Below, piece after piece: positions 26,222 through 43,755 of a DNA stretch of 64,000 nucleotides. Location of the stretch: NCBI RefSeq assembly GCF_009914755.1, contig NC_060929.1; one strand, 5' to 3'. Positions within the stretch are counted from its first letter, which is position 1; every line of letters starts with the position of its first letter. The notes beneath the pieces were generated by a model. It saw nothing but the letters and a program-made list of their open reading frames with translations. It was not told the DNA's origin and searched no databases. This stretch comes from the human T2T-CHM13v2.0 reference genome, Homo sapiens. The translations under genes were made by a program, and so were the position numbers.

Positions 26222-26452
26222 CTGATATAGTAGAAAGAACGCTGAAGTAGGAATCAGTGACTTCAGTCAATATCTTGCTGGATACTGTGTGACTCTGGGG
26301 CAGCTTCAAACTTCTCAGAGCCTCAAGTTATCACCAATGTGCATGTTAATTAAAATGCCTACCCTCTCTGCCTCAGGGTGACTTAGATTCATTAGAATGT
26401 TGTTTGTGAAAAGCCTTTGAAGTAATCTACCAAGTGCTATACAAATGTGAGA
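26222..26452 (+). mobile_element. MIR
   Basis: atagtagaaagaacgctg...ctgtgtgactctggggcag...gagcctca...tgtgaaaag...gtgctatacaaatgt. Confidence 0.7.
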
Positions 26453-26918
26453 CACTTTCATCCCTTTGGGTTAAATCATTACATCTCCAGACAACCCCCT
26501 TTAAATGTAAATACGTTGTATAAGTAGGTGTAACATTAGCACATATATTAGAATTTTAGCTATATGTTAAAGTATGCAGTTTTTTTTTCTGAAAAATCTG
26601 AAATTGAAATGATGGGGAGCAAGGCTGTTAAATTTGATGGGAGAGGCAGAAGGAACCAGAAAGAAAGGAAGAAGAGAACTGGGAAAAATTCAACCCATGG
26701 ATCTGAAGATCAGGGCTAGGGAAGTTACATAGTGTGAGGTGCAAAAATAGACATGAAAGGATCCGAAAGCCAACAGGCTTACTTTAAGCTGCTGCCTAGG
26801 CCTGGTCCTGATACCCCAGGGGAAAACATCTGTGTCAGAAGATACAACTTTTTCTTTTCCCAGAGGCAAACAATGCAGGGAGCGGTAGACATAGCTGAGC
26901 AACTTATTGCAACATTTC

Positions 26919-26922
<4 letters not shown>

Positions 26923-26954
<32 letters not shown>
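26923..26954. repeat. (AC)16 microsatellite
   Basis: Read directly from the sequence. Confidence 0.95.
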
Positions 26955-26956
<2 letters not shown>

Positions 26957-28458
26957 CCCAGAGGATACTATATGGATGTACCAAGCTGTGTGGAACACAA
27001 AACATACAAAACACCTGAGAGCTGTATCCCTATTAGGTTGAAAATACCATTCTGTGTATGAATTCCCCACTGCTCTACATCCACTAGGCCCTTAAATTTA
27101 TATATCCCCAGTATACTGAGGTAAGAATAAATTACAACCTACTGTTGTTACTCAGTTTCTACCTTAGGCCCTTCCCATGTTAGACCCTCCTAATAAAGTG
27201 AACTGGATTATAACACTGCCAGGAAGAACCTGCGGTCACCAGCTTTCACAGATGCTCCAAGGCATTAAGCCTCCAGAAAGTGGGGAAAGGATGTAAGTCA
27301 AACCTGGCTTTATAGCTTGTTAGCATTCCCAATTTCATCCTCTCCTCTCGTGTAATTCAGTGTGAAAGCTCTTATGTGTGATATGAGGAAAAATCAGAAC
27401 TCTATTAATAGGGAGGATAATGCCACTCTCAAGGAAGGAGGCTGCTCTGATGAAGATGCATTTCTGATCACTAACATTACATGACACATGCTTGGGGTTT
27501 ACATGCGCTTCTCAATTACAAAGATGCACATTCACCTTTGGAATTCCCAGCCTTGAAAACTGCTGCATACTCTCAAATCTCCCATTAATTATTACCTACC
27601 CAAATAGGAACTTTCTTCAGCAGAGGTACATTTAGATCTTCCGCTAAGCATTCTGCCTTCCATCTCTGAAGGCTTCTAAGCAAACAAGAACTCTGAGAGG
27701 AATACAAGAAAATCCTAGGGAAAAAAGTCTTTTGCCAACAATTACCTATGTGGATTTGTATTCAACCACTGTTTCTCAGAGGAGAAATGAGTTCCAAATG
27801 TAGAATTAATTTTGCACAAAGCCTCTGTCTTGTCTCCATATTCATATCTGATATTTGGCAGTAAGACACAAATTCATCTCTTTAGAATTCATTTTCTTTC
27901 TCTTAAACATTAATTAATTAATGAAAAATTTCTAAAAGGTAGAATATTCTCATAGTAGCAAATGTGAAGGGTACAAAAGAAAGGTACAAAAGGTAGAGAG
28001 AAAAAAATAGGTCTCTTTCATTCTAGTCCTCAGCCACTTGTTCCTTTTACAGAAACTAGTACTCTTGCCAATTTCAGATAGTATTCACATACAAACCTGT
28101 ATGTATATGTATATATGTATTTCCTTTCTTTTTCTCTGTTTACTCAAATAGTAATACATTAGAGATTCTTCACTTTGCTTCCTTGCTATTATCCATGTCT
28201 AGTCATCTGTCTTTACCTCTGTATGATGACAATTTTTGTCTTCTGTGTGAGTTATATACATAAATATCCTTGTTATTTTTAAAAGCTGCATAGTGTTTCC
28301 TTGTGTGACAAAATTTAACTGACCCTCCATTCACAGCCACATACATTGTTATTAACCTCTTATATCAGACAACCGAATATCATTGTGACAGTATCATTTT
28401 ATAACTGGCGCTAGAATATATCATTTTATATTTATATTTATAAAAATATATCATTTTT

Positions 28459-28804
<346 letters not shown>

Positions 28805-28851
28805 TTATAACGGGTGCAAGAAAAATAAATTTATAAGAAGTTATATAATAA

Positions 28852-28987
28852 TTTATGATAGCTATACTTATAATATCCAAAAAGTAGAAACAATCGAATT
28901 GACCTTCAACTGGTGATGGATGAACAAACTGGATTCACGCAATGGAATCATATTTAGCAAGTAAATGGAGTTAACTAATGATACACA
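28852..28987 (+). mobile_element. Short L1M segment homologous to 25292-25421
   Basis: Manual alignment of tttatga..gctat.ctta, aaaaagtagaa.caatc, ggaatcatatt.agcaag.aaatgga.ttaacta.tgatacaca. Confidence 0.7.
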
Positions 28988-31900
28988 TTATCACTGATGA
29001 TTTTCAGTTTGGATAAATGTTGCTGAATGTCACTCCTTAAATATTGTACTAATTCACACTCGCACCACTAAGAACTAAAATTTTCTATTTCCTTGTTTTC
29101 AAACTTTTTGATCTTTGATGATTAGATAAGTGAACGTTAGAATTTTTAAGTTAGCTTGAGTTGCCTTTCTCCTAAAATAAAAGAGATTAAACATTTTCAA
29201 ATACTTAAAAACTGTTTTATTTCTTTTCTATGAACTGTCCATTTTTCTGCTTATTTTTCTATTGTGTTGTTGGTTTTGTTGATTCGAAGAAGCTTCTTCT
29301 ATATGAAATTTTAACTGTGTTGCAAGTAGTTTTTCATTTTTTTAAAATTGTAGTTGTCTTTTTGATGTTGCCTTTTCTCTTCTAATTTTTATTGCTATGT
29401 TAACATTTTTATGACTTGTAGTCTTTGTGACATATTTAGAATGTACTCCCATGCCAAATTTATTTTTTAAATTACCCCATAACATTTTTTACTGCTTTTA
29501 TGGTTTTGAGTTCTTTATATACAAATTTCACCTGAAATTTATTTTTCATATTGGAAATTAGGGAGGTATTCATAAAAAATTTTCCCATGCATGTATATCT
29601 ATTTGTCCTAACATCATTTATTGAATAACTAATTTTCCATGATATGAAGTGCCACTTATGTGGTAACTATATTCCCTTATATCTTTTGCTTTATTGACAG
29701 AATTCTAATCTGTTCCATTAATCCAGCTGTTTACTTTTTGTTAGTTCCACACTACTTTAACTTCATAATAGGCTTAGTATTTGGCAAGTCAAATTCTCTT
29801 TTCCTCTCTTTTCCTCTTTCCCCTCTCTCTCTCTCACTCCTAATTTTTTTCAAAATATCCTTTGCATTCTTGCATGTTTTATTTTCCAAATGAACTTTAA
29901 AGCCAGTTTTTCATATAAACATTTTATTGGTATTTTATTTGTACAATATTAAGTTATAGATTAATAATTTTCTACGGATTTTCAATAAGTGAAGTACTAG
30001 TATAATATGGAGTATTAAGAAACGGTCCTACCACAACGCACCTGGGACACAGATTCACTCAGATATTTGTAGACTCCCCTCTGGCCTCTTTTTCTTCCTC
30101 TAATTCCCTGGTTGGGCATTGTGTTCATGTGTCCATGCAATGTTTTGGAGAAATGTAGACAGGAACACATTTCCTCCATGGGTGAGAACTCTGGGAGGCT
30201 TCATAGCACTTCCAATATCAGAACCATCAGAACTAGCACAAATGAGCCATTTTTTATAAAGCTTAGCAGGATTTCTGGCAAACCAGAGTAGGGAGGTGGG
30301 TGAGGAAGAAGATGGGAGAAGAGGAAAGACGAAAAGGATGGTCCATATCTCATATCCTCAGCTTCAAATTTATACTTTTTATGTTATCTCCAAATGAAGT
30401 TTTAGCACAGATATTGCATTTTAAAGTAATAATTGATAAATGGAAATATTAAAAATATGCCATAGTTCTTTAATGCTATTTCAGTATTTCTCTCCCTCCT
30501 CTTTTTCTCCTTTTTCCCACTCTTCTTCCTTCTTTGTAATGTAAACTTCAAAAAATGAAGGTGCTCGGGTAGTGTTTGAACTTTAATAGACTATATCTAT
30601 ATATGCAGTAGAATACACTAATGCACTTGAGGAATTTTTTCACATATTTGGCAAAAGAAAAATAAAATCAGAGCTTTGAAGAAATCTTTTCGCTTTAGGC
30701 ACTTTCTGTAAGCCCTGGAAAAAAATTGTTTTACAAAGTGGGAATAGAAGTAGGGAAAATTAAATACATATTCATTACATCAAGGAGCCATACACATTAA
30801 TGGATGGTATGAAATCAGAATCAAATGGGAGAGATGGCTGATTTAGTATGTTTGATTTAATGTTTTTGTTAGGAAATTAAATGCAAACAAGGAAGGACTA
30901 ACCTGTAAACATGAACATTTGATATACCCTACACATTTCACCTTACTTTACATGATTTTGTACACATTTAATATGATGTGTCGATTACTTTTTATTATGG
31001 CCAGATGATGGAAAAAAACGATGGTTCTGAAACTGCTAAAAGAAAATGCTAGTATCTATAGTTAGTGGTAGACAGGCCTAAATTTTGGAATGAAAATAAA
31101 GACCACAATGTAGTATAGCATTTTACCAGGGAAACATACATTTCCTTGTTTTTATAGATGTTCTCGATTCTAGATAAAGCACATTTCTAAATTTTCTTGT
31201 AGTTCAGGGCTGTACAACAAATTATTAAAGTAATTTTTGGCATTATCCTAGGATTAACAAATCTTCAACTATCTAAACCTCCTTTTATGTGATAAAATAT
31301 GTCAAGAAGCAAATTAGTTTTTTTAATGGTTATTTTAAAATTTTTCTATGGTTGACACATCTAAAGAAAAACTTCATTGATTTGGGATCAACCGATGATT
31401 CTTTGATTTGCCCTTCTCTTACATGGACAGTTTCCTTTCCATGAAGAAATACGATGATTACCATGGAAAACAATGTCCTATTGAAGAGCAAGGGTAGTAG
31501 AAAGTACTCTTAGGTCATAGCACTAGGATAATATTACATAATTATCAAAACTGATCATATTTGCCCATTTCCTTCAGACATTTGGAGGCACAGAGCTTCT
31601 CTAACAAGTGGAGCAAACTGTATAAGAAAACAGCCCATCTAACAACTATCAGTCCATCTTTAAGAACTGGAAAAAACTGTTTAGCAGAATTTTTTGTGGA
31701 CAAAACCTTAGTTTTAATTTGTTTTCTGCCCTAATTTCTTTTTACTCCAATTTCCTTATTTATTTTTATTATGTTGTGGATATCTTGTGACGGATATTTC
31801 CTGATTCAGAATTTCTAAACAATATTCATACCTTACGGGAACCACGAGAAGATAGAATAATGGCAAAAATATTTTTATTATGCAATAAATATATATTGAT

Positions 31901-32047
31901 CTAAAATTTTAACCATGAAGTGAGGTAAAGAGTGGGAAGAAACTCACTCCCATGAAGTAACCACTGTTAACAATTTAACACTTTCTAGTGTAACCTTCTA
32001 GAAATCATCTATGCATTTAAAAATAAATATTCATATGCAAATATCTT

Positions 32048-36160
<4,113 letters not shown>

Positions 36161-36267
36161 AAAAATATTGTATGCTTCACAAACTTGCGTGTCATCATTG
36201 CACAGGTGCCATGCTAATCTTCTCTGTATCATTCTAATTTTAGTATATGTGCTGTCAAAGTGAGCAC
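36161..36267 (-). pseudogene. RNU6: Full-length U6 snRNA retrocopy fused to the L1 5' end (U6/L1 chimera)
   Basis: Reverse complement GTGCTCACTTTGACAGCACATATACTAAAATTAGAATGATACAGAGAAGATTAGCATGG...GTGAAGCATACAATATTTTT; 107 nt, ungapped, 13 mismatches to human U6 by my count (6 at CpG); ACAGAGA box intact. Confidence 0.97.
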
Positions 36268-36538
36268 TGAAATATCGTAATAATATAAGTGAGATCATAT
36301 AATACCTACTATACTGTTTTCTTTTTACACTTATAAGCATCTTCCAAATTAGTATTTATACTCTTATGTCATTTTTAAGACAGTTACTAACTCTTGAATG
36401 GTATAGATATAATTTATTTAAGTAATTCCCAGGTATGTATTCCAACTTTCAATTTTTCCAGCAATGGTGAAACATATATAATTTGCTGTTCCAATTCTAC
36501 AGTTATAGAATTATATGTTGAAATTGGGTTTACAGTAA

Positions 36539-36602
36539 GATTCTATTTTAGTAGCATAAGGTAAAGTAAAATGATTCTATATTAGTAGCATAAGGTAAAG
36601 TA
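36539..36602. repeat. Direct tandem duplication, period 34
   Basis: gattctat(t/a)ttagtagcataaggtaaagta twice (29/30 identical). Confidence 0.9.
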
Positions 36603-38433
36603 TTTTCAAGTCTGGGAAACAATAACGGTAAACTTATATGAGGGAAAAAATCTGTTTTTTTTTCTTTTTACTATATTTAACATCAGTAACAACAGTAACT
36701 CTCAGACTAAAATAAAACACATTGTAATTAACTTAAAGAAAATAGCATGTAAAAAAGGAATCAGGTGAATGCTTTCCTCACTTTTTAATGGTGCCGATTT
36801 TACTTGATGAGTTGTTAACATTTTCAGCAACTGTCAGACAGTGGGTATGAAATGCAGGGTTGAAAGCTCTGGTCAGGATTTGGGGTTTACAGACTCTTGT
36901 TCTTTTTCCTCAAAGGGCTAAGGCTGAAATTTCTTGTCACCCTTCAGTTTGACAATAAAATGAAGTCAATCTTGACTTCATGTTTCTCTATTGAGTTAAT
37001 AAGTATACTACATTTAAAAAACAGGATGGAATCCTTCCAATAGTTTAGTTAAGTTTTTCTAAGTGATTGGGAGTACTGCATATTGCTAAATGGTCTCTCA
37101 ACTTAATCCATAATAACTTCAGATGTGTCTGCTCAAACCAAACTCAGATGACTTAAACCCCAGGGCTCTCATTAGAGAAAGCCCTCCAGATTTTACTACA
37201 TAGCACCGTGGTTTTCCAACTGCAGTCCTATGCAAGGGCTCACAGGCATGGGTGTTCTAGAAGAATCAATTTTCTGACTTCCAAGGTAGTCCTTCCTAAA
37301 ACAGACCTGCCTGAGAATGAGCTTTCTTTTAGGTACTGCCCCACACAAAATATTTCCCTTAAAGGATAACATAAAACTGTTTGGTATTTTTGCTGATTAG
37401 GTGATTTCCAAATACATATTTAGATAAAACAGAAGGAGGCCCGATACAGTTTTTAACTTATAAGTTGTTAGAAATAATTTCTGATGAGAGTTCACCATAT
37501 CATAAATAAATAGATCCTCAATGGTTTATTTTTCATAACATTAAAAGTATAAAACAAGAAATAATTGAATAGTAATATGCATTAAAGGGAACCATGTAAA
37601 ATTTCTGACTGTTACAGAAAATTTTCATGTCTTGTGATTGCTTATCTGTAAAATGGAAGAGGAGAATCAGATGTAAGGTTCTGTGTTCTTTGTTCTACAA
37701 ATTCAGTGCTTATTTTTCCAGTCAATAGAGACACATTGACTATCTCGTCCTTCAAATAGCCAGTTGAGTAACTGTTTTAAATATGGAAATATGGCTAATC
37801 AAACATAATTTGACAGTTATAATAGAAACTGTCTTTTTTCAAAAACCTTCTGTCAGCTTCTGTATTTGATTCTACTTCTGTTTTCATTTAATCATTAAAT
37901 TAAAGATATTACCTTGAAATATTATTAAAGATAATTGGTTGAGACACTAACTTGTATTTTACTCCCAGTGTATTTCTTCCTTTTACCGAGAAGTTACCCT
38001 GTGCTGTTCTTGCTTCAGGGGCGTTGATGTTACAAGCCTTAAAGCAGAAGTTGTCTGAACACAGCCTCCTCCCCCAACATTTTGTTTTTGAAAACAGAAG
38101 TCCTTTTAATGGATTAAGCCAGTTTATTTCAGAGTGATATGAGAGAGAGATTCATCTTTGGAAGGTGGTGGAAGGTACAGAGCAGGTGGGCAGAAATACA
38201 CACAGTTCATGAGAATAAAATATTCCTTATATGTATGAGAGAATGTGTGTATGTATCTGATGATGGGAATTATGTTCCTCTGCAGCAACCTAGGGAGAAG
38301 ATAGGACTTTAGAAGGGACAGCTGCAAGGTGCAATCATGGAGACTAGATAATTGGCCAAGGCTTTTACCTTCAGCTAAGGTATTACACTACATCCAAACT
38401 GTGCCCAAGCTAAGTGTAGAAATAGCAAGAAAA

Positions 38434-38738
<305 letters not shown>

Positions 38739-39029
38739 CTAATGGCTCACATAGGATTACACAATTTATTTTTCAGCCGTGACTGTGATATATTAAAGTG
38801 TAGAAAACTTTTCTTTATTTTCAAGGCAGGCTGAAAACTCTTTGGATGTTGGTGCAACCTTAGAGAATAAATGCTGCTCTCGCCGCCCTGAGTACAGTGG
38901 GCCTCAGCAATAGATTTCAATTGATTTAGAAAAACAAAGTATTATGACATTTCTTGTAAAAATGTATGATCAAAGAAAACTCACACCTCTACATATCTAC
39001 TATAATTTTCATTTTTCAGACAGTATAAC

Positions 39030-39426
39030 TGTGATAGTCATTGACAGTTTTAGCCAGGTGTTTCTGGTTTTCCTCCTCAGTACAAGGTGGTTTCTACTTC
39101 CCCTCCCCTTGAAGTGGGCGTGGCGACGTGATTTACTTAGATCAATCAAACGTGTGTGGTGCGGGCCTCACTTCCAGGTGGAAGCAATAAAAGTAGGTCT
39201 GCCCTCCCCCAAGTAGGGTCTTGTCTTTCTCTCTGCCTCAACGATTGGTGACGCTTTGGTTAGCTCGTCTGTTAGCCTCGGTTCTGGAGTGAGGATGACA
39301 CGGAACAGAGCACCCAGTCTACCCACATGGACAGGAAGTGTGAGCAAAAAGTAAGTCTTGGTTACTTAAGTTGGTGCGATTTTAGAATTGTTTCCAGAGA
39401 ATAACCTTGAAAATCTTACCCAGTAC
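39030..39426 (+). mobile_element. MLT1I/J-like MaLR LTR, CpG-rich
   Basis: tgtgatag...ccccttgaagtgggcgtggc...cacttccaggtggaagc...agcctcggttctggagtgagg...gtgtgagcaaaaa...cccagtaca. Confidence 0.75.
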
Positions 39427-39529
39427 AATCAATAATGAAGCCCAGAGAGTCAAACAACTTGTTTAAGTTTACTTCTCGGTTAATACATGTTGATTTCAAA
39501 TACAACTTTCCCTGCTAAGCAGTTAATAT

Positions 39530-39640
39530 TCTATAAGTATTTATTAAGTGCCTGCTAAGGACACACCCTGCTAAGGACCCTGAGGATACTGTGTTGAACG
39601 ACACAGACAGGGTCCTTGCCTTCAAGAGAGCTACTCACAG
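39530..39640 (-). mobile_element. L2 3' terminal fragment
   Basis: aagtatttattaagtgcctgcta...gaggatac...acagacagggtccttgccttcaag. Confidence 0.75.
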
Positions 39641-39739
39641 ACTACTTAACCTTTGTTCAATAATTTGTTTAGGGGTTAGCATTAAGTTTACAATTTCTAG
39701 AATCCATTGCCTCAACCCCTCACACACACACACCCACCT

Positions 39740-40070
39740 TTAAGAAATGGGAATAACATTTGCCCATTTCCAGACTTTTGGGGCCTCCTTTTTTCTTTGT
39801 GATTTCTTAGAGTTTAACAACCGTAGTGCCTTGATCACATCTGCAAGTCATTTAAATATCCTAGGATATAATTTATCTGGGCCCTAAGGCTTGAATTAAT
39901 TTAAAGCTGTAAAGTAGTCCCTTATTATCTCTGCACCTATCTTGTACTTCACTTCCCTCCTAATGATGTTTGTTCTAGATTTGCCAGCTTGAAAATTATT
40001 TTCCTTGATGGGGAAAAGAGCAAAACAGAATATGAATAAATCTAAGCTCTCTGCTTTGTTGCTTAACATG
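39740..40070 (-). mobile_element. L3/CR1 LINE, N-terminal part of RT
   Basis: Minus-strand translation GPDKLYPRIFK*LADVIKALRLLNSKKSQRKKEAPKVWKWANVIPI resembles the CR1 GPD..HPR.LKELADVI...W..ANV.PI motif. Confidence 0.85.
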
Positions 40071-40599
40071 TTTTTTGTAGTAAATTGTAGACTTTTCCTG
40101 AGGTGTGTGGATTGTTTTGAGCAAGCATATGTACCTGCAGCGTAGCCAAGAAAGTCTACTTAATAGAGATTAAGACCAGTTAATAATGAGTGAAGCTGAA
40201 ACTAAAAACTCATATGCAGGTGTTCAAACAAATTATTGAGGTGAGCCGGTTGAGATTAATGTGTGTCCAGGAGAACTCATTGGAGAAGCACCTAGAATGT
40301 TTTTGGTACTATGAATACTCTAGCTCAATGCATTTTCTTTTTTTTTAATCTGAGGCAACCTAAGGTAGCACTTTCGTATTTGAACAAACATAGAATTACA
40401 ATTTAGTTAACATTTGTAAAGCACCTACTCTGTATTTGGTACTGTGTCTGTATAGTTGCTGTTACCCTAGAATGGTGATAGTGATCAAAACTGAGTATCC
40501 ACACTGTGAGTGCTGGTATTCAGTGCTCTCTCTTATGGAAAGATTGTGGGCTTAGTTTGGGTCAGGGAAAGCTTCATTCCTGAGGTGTTTTTTTTTTTT

Positions 40600-41180
40600 T
40601 TTTTAATCTCATCAGATTCTTGTGCAAGTTTCCCAGTACTGGATTTTGATTCCATTTAAAGCTCTATTCTGCCTTATTTATGTAAAAGCCCTTGTTTTGT
40701 CTTAAGAGTTTTCCAGTGTTTCAAGTCTTTGTAAACTTCTTCAGATTCTCTCCATTTTTTGTATTCTTAACATCTTCTCAACCTTGAAGGTCTGATCTCA
40801 TTACCTTGTAGAGACATGAAAATTTCTTCTTTAGTTTCTGATTACTAAATTTGGTCAGTAGCTCACATTATGTTTATAATATGGGGATTAGTACTTAGAG
40901 TCTCTGATTTTAATTCCTCACCATATGCCCTTTAGAACTTCTGAACAAAGGTACAATTCCATCTCTCTCAGAACTTTGGAAATGTTCTTTCAGAAAAATA
41001 TAGCATTTTGGTTTTGTCTGTCTCTCACTGCTTGGCTTTTATTAACTTGAAGATGACATGGTTACACTGTCTCCCATGGTTTCTGTTCCCTCCACATTCA
41101 TAGTCCTGTCTTCCTAGATTATAAGAGGCTTACCCAAGAGTAACATTTCTTTGCTTCTTTAACCTTCAGTCAATCATTTT
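40600..41180 (-). mobile_element. Probable upstream continuation of the L3/CR1 ORF2
   Basis: Weak peptide similarity to CR1 endonuclease end (GDS-NHVIF) near 41055-41080; same strand as 39740-40070. Confidence 0.4.
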
Positions 41181-41189
41181 CAGTTTTTA

Positions 41190-41560
41190 GTGTGTATCAC
41201 AGTGTGGTCTGCAGACACGTGGAGTGATTGTTTAAAATGTACATTTCTCAGTGCCCTTTCTCAGAACCAGCTATACAATTAGCAGGGCATAATGCAAAAT
41301 TAAAGCCCCATGTTGAAAAGCATTAAGAATTTTTGATGGTGACATCAAAATCATTAAGAATTTTACATGATGGTGACAGTAAGACATTAAACCCAGCATG
41401 GGGCCCTTCTGAGCATGCCCAAAAAGCCAGCTCTATTTTTTCTTCAAAGATTCTGATTGAGGAAGTTTGTTTTAGAGCCAGAAAGTTGCATTTTTAGCAA
41501 GCTTACTGTATTTTCTGTTGTAGGTTGTTCTGTAGGCCTGTTTGAAAACCCTGCTCTGCG
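41190..41560. mobile_element. MER5-type hAT MITE split by MER45A
   Basis: agtgtggtc..ttgtttaaaatgtacatttctcagtgccc on the left; agattctgatt..ttgcatttttagcaagc..tttgaaaaccctg on the right. Confidence 0.6.
41262..41435 (-). mobile_element. MER45A-like hAT-Tip100 MITE with internal duplication
   Basis: cagaaccagctatacaatt...cattaaacccagcatggggcccttctgagca...aagccagctct; cattaagaatttt..tgatggtgaca occurs twice. Confidence 0.75.
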
Positions 41561-41850
41561 TGACGACCATTCCCATGCCCACAGCAAATTCAAACAGTAA
41601 TATTCGAGGTTACGTGCTTTCAGAAGATAAACATTTTACCAATACATGTTGCCTTGGTGCCTGTTTTCCAATGTATTTTAGAAAGTCATTGACATACAGT
41701 CTGACAGGGTTGTTTATAATATCATTCCACAGGGATATCCCATCTTCTCTCTTTTGTATTAAATAAATGCTTTTGTTCAGGTGGTTCAATCTTTAGATTT
41801 TTAGCTATATACATGCAGATGTAGTGATATAGAGACATGTTTATGATGTA

Positions 41851-42183
41851 CAGTCATGCACCATGTAACGATATTTTGGTCGATGACAGACTACATATTG
41901 GGCAATGGTCTCATAAGATTATAATACTGTATTTTTACTATATTTTTTTATGTTTAGATACAAAAATACTTACCATTGTGTTATAGTTGCCCAAAGTATT
42001 CAGTACTGTAACATATACAGGTTTTTCGCCTAGAAGAAATAGGCTGTATCATACAGCCTAGGTGTGTAGTAGGCTGTAGCATCTAGATTTGTGTAAATAA
42101 CTCTGTGATAGTTACACAATGATAAAATCGTCTAACAATACATTTCTTAGAAGGTATCCCAGTTATTAAGCGATCTGTAGCTG
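41851..42183 (+). mobile_element. Tigger3a (MER7A)-like DNA transposon
   Basis: cagtcatgcaccatgtaacga...cataagattataatactgtattttt...cctaggtgtgtagtaggct...ttaagcgatctgtagctg; TA on both sides. Confidence 0.88.
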
Positions 42184-42872
42184 TATAGTTAAAAAAAAAC
42201 TCTACTTGACTACTTAACGTGTACTTCTAGATTATTTGGGGGGAAAAATGTCAGGCAATATATAACAGGAAAAATTATTTTGTAAAACAAATATGAAAAT
42301 GCTAAAAAGTGGCCTCTACCGGATATAGAACTCCCAGAATATATACCTATATATGTATATATTTTTGCTCTGCATGAGCATAAAATACTCATATTTGTAT
42401 ATAAAAATACATATATGTCTAGTATTATAAAAAATAAAAATTTTAAATATATGGTCCTAATACATGCATATGCCTTGGCCCAGCAGACAACACATATTAA
42501 GATGATCGTCTATGAAATCACGTTTGTCAGTTGATGTTAATGGCGTAAATCCTCTTAATTTCTACATATTGTGTGTTGGTGCATAAACATTTAATTTGAC
42601 ACACTTTTTCATTAACTTCTTCAGAGCTTCTGGGTGCCTTCTCTAGTATGTTCTATGTTACTCAATCTGTGTTTCTCAGGTTTAATTTTATCTATGCATT
42701 TTCAAAACTTCCACTGAAATTTCTGTTCAATTCCACAGCCATATATGTATTCATTGAGCACAGGTCATATTGCATGCTAGACAAAGAGACTATAAAGATA
42801 AAAACTACTAGGACACAAGCTCTTCCTTTAAAGAGTTCAAATGAAGTTTAAATTCACAAATGGACATTTATA

Positions 42873-43755
42873 GTGATAATACAGACTAACCTAACATTTG
42901 TATATATGTTTTCTTCCATGGCTTTGGGTTCATAACTCCCATACCTCTTGTTACAGTAAACAGAATCTTCCTCTCTGGTCTTTTCCTGCTCTCCTTTTAC
43001 CTGCCCATGGCAGGACTCAAAGCTGGTTGTGGGTTACAAGAACCTCATTCTAGAAAGGGTCCTGACCTGTGCCCTGGAGGAAGGAGTATTGCACGGAAAG
43101 GCCTAAAAGAATCTGAACAGACAGGCCTTATTGTGTTAAGATCATACCCTTTTGTCCAATCACATTTCAACATGAGTGTCCATGCTTCAATCGTGCCTGT
43201 CCAGTGAAGTCTCCCTAAAAAGCCAGAGAGGACAGGGTTCAGGAGCTTCTGGGTAGCGGAACACAGAGAAGTTCCTGGAGGGTGGCACACTCAGGGAAGG
43301 AATAGAAGCTCTGTGCTTCTTCCCCATTCCTCACCCAGTGAATCTGTTTATCTGTATCCTTTGTAATACCCTTTATAATAAACTAGTAAATGCGTTTCCC
43401 TGAATTCTGTGAGCTGCTCTAACTAATCAAACCCAAAGAAGGCATTGTGAGAACCCCAACTTGAAGCAAGTTGGTCAGACGTTCTAGAGGCCTAGACATG
43501 CAACTGGTGGGAAGCGAGGAGGAGGTTTTGTGGAATTGAGCGCTCAACCTGTGGGATCTAATCCTGTCTCCAGGTAGACAGTGTCAATTGAATTGGAGGA
43601 CACCCAGCTGGTGTCTGCTGCAGAATTGCTTGCTTGCTTGCTGGTGGGGCAGAATCACCACATGTTTTGGGGTCACATATTTTGAAGTTTTATGTGTTGA
43701 TTGTTGTTGTATTGGTGTGAGAGTAGAGGAAAAACATAGCTTGCTTTTTCAAGCA
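42873..43755 (+). mobile_element. MER21A-like LTR inserted in an antisense L2 (L2 remnants about 42745-42870 and 43760-44430)
   Basis: agttcctggagggtggcacactcaggg...ataataaactagtaaatg..tttccctgaattctgtgagc...caacctgtgggatcta..ctccaggtagacagtgtc. Confidence 0.8.

Noticed and set aside
36161-36267. Functional U6 snRNA gene
   Set aside because: It has 13 substitutions and is fused to L1. U6 needs an upstream PSE/TATA promoter, but the upstream flank is target-site and old L1 sequence.
37205-37570. Possible hAT-type DNA transposon starting ccgtggttttccaactg
   Set aside because: No matching second terminus or TSD found by eye.
40490-40524. 35-nt hairpin actgagtatc...ggtattcagt
   Set aside because: Short and dependent on G:U pairs; expected by chance in 64 kb.
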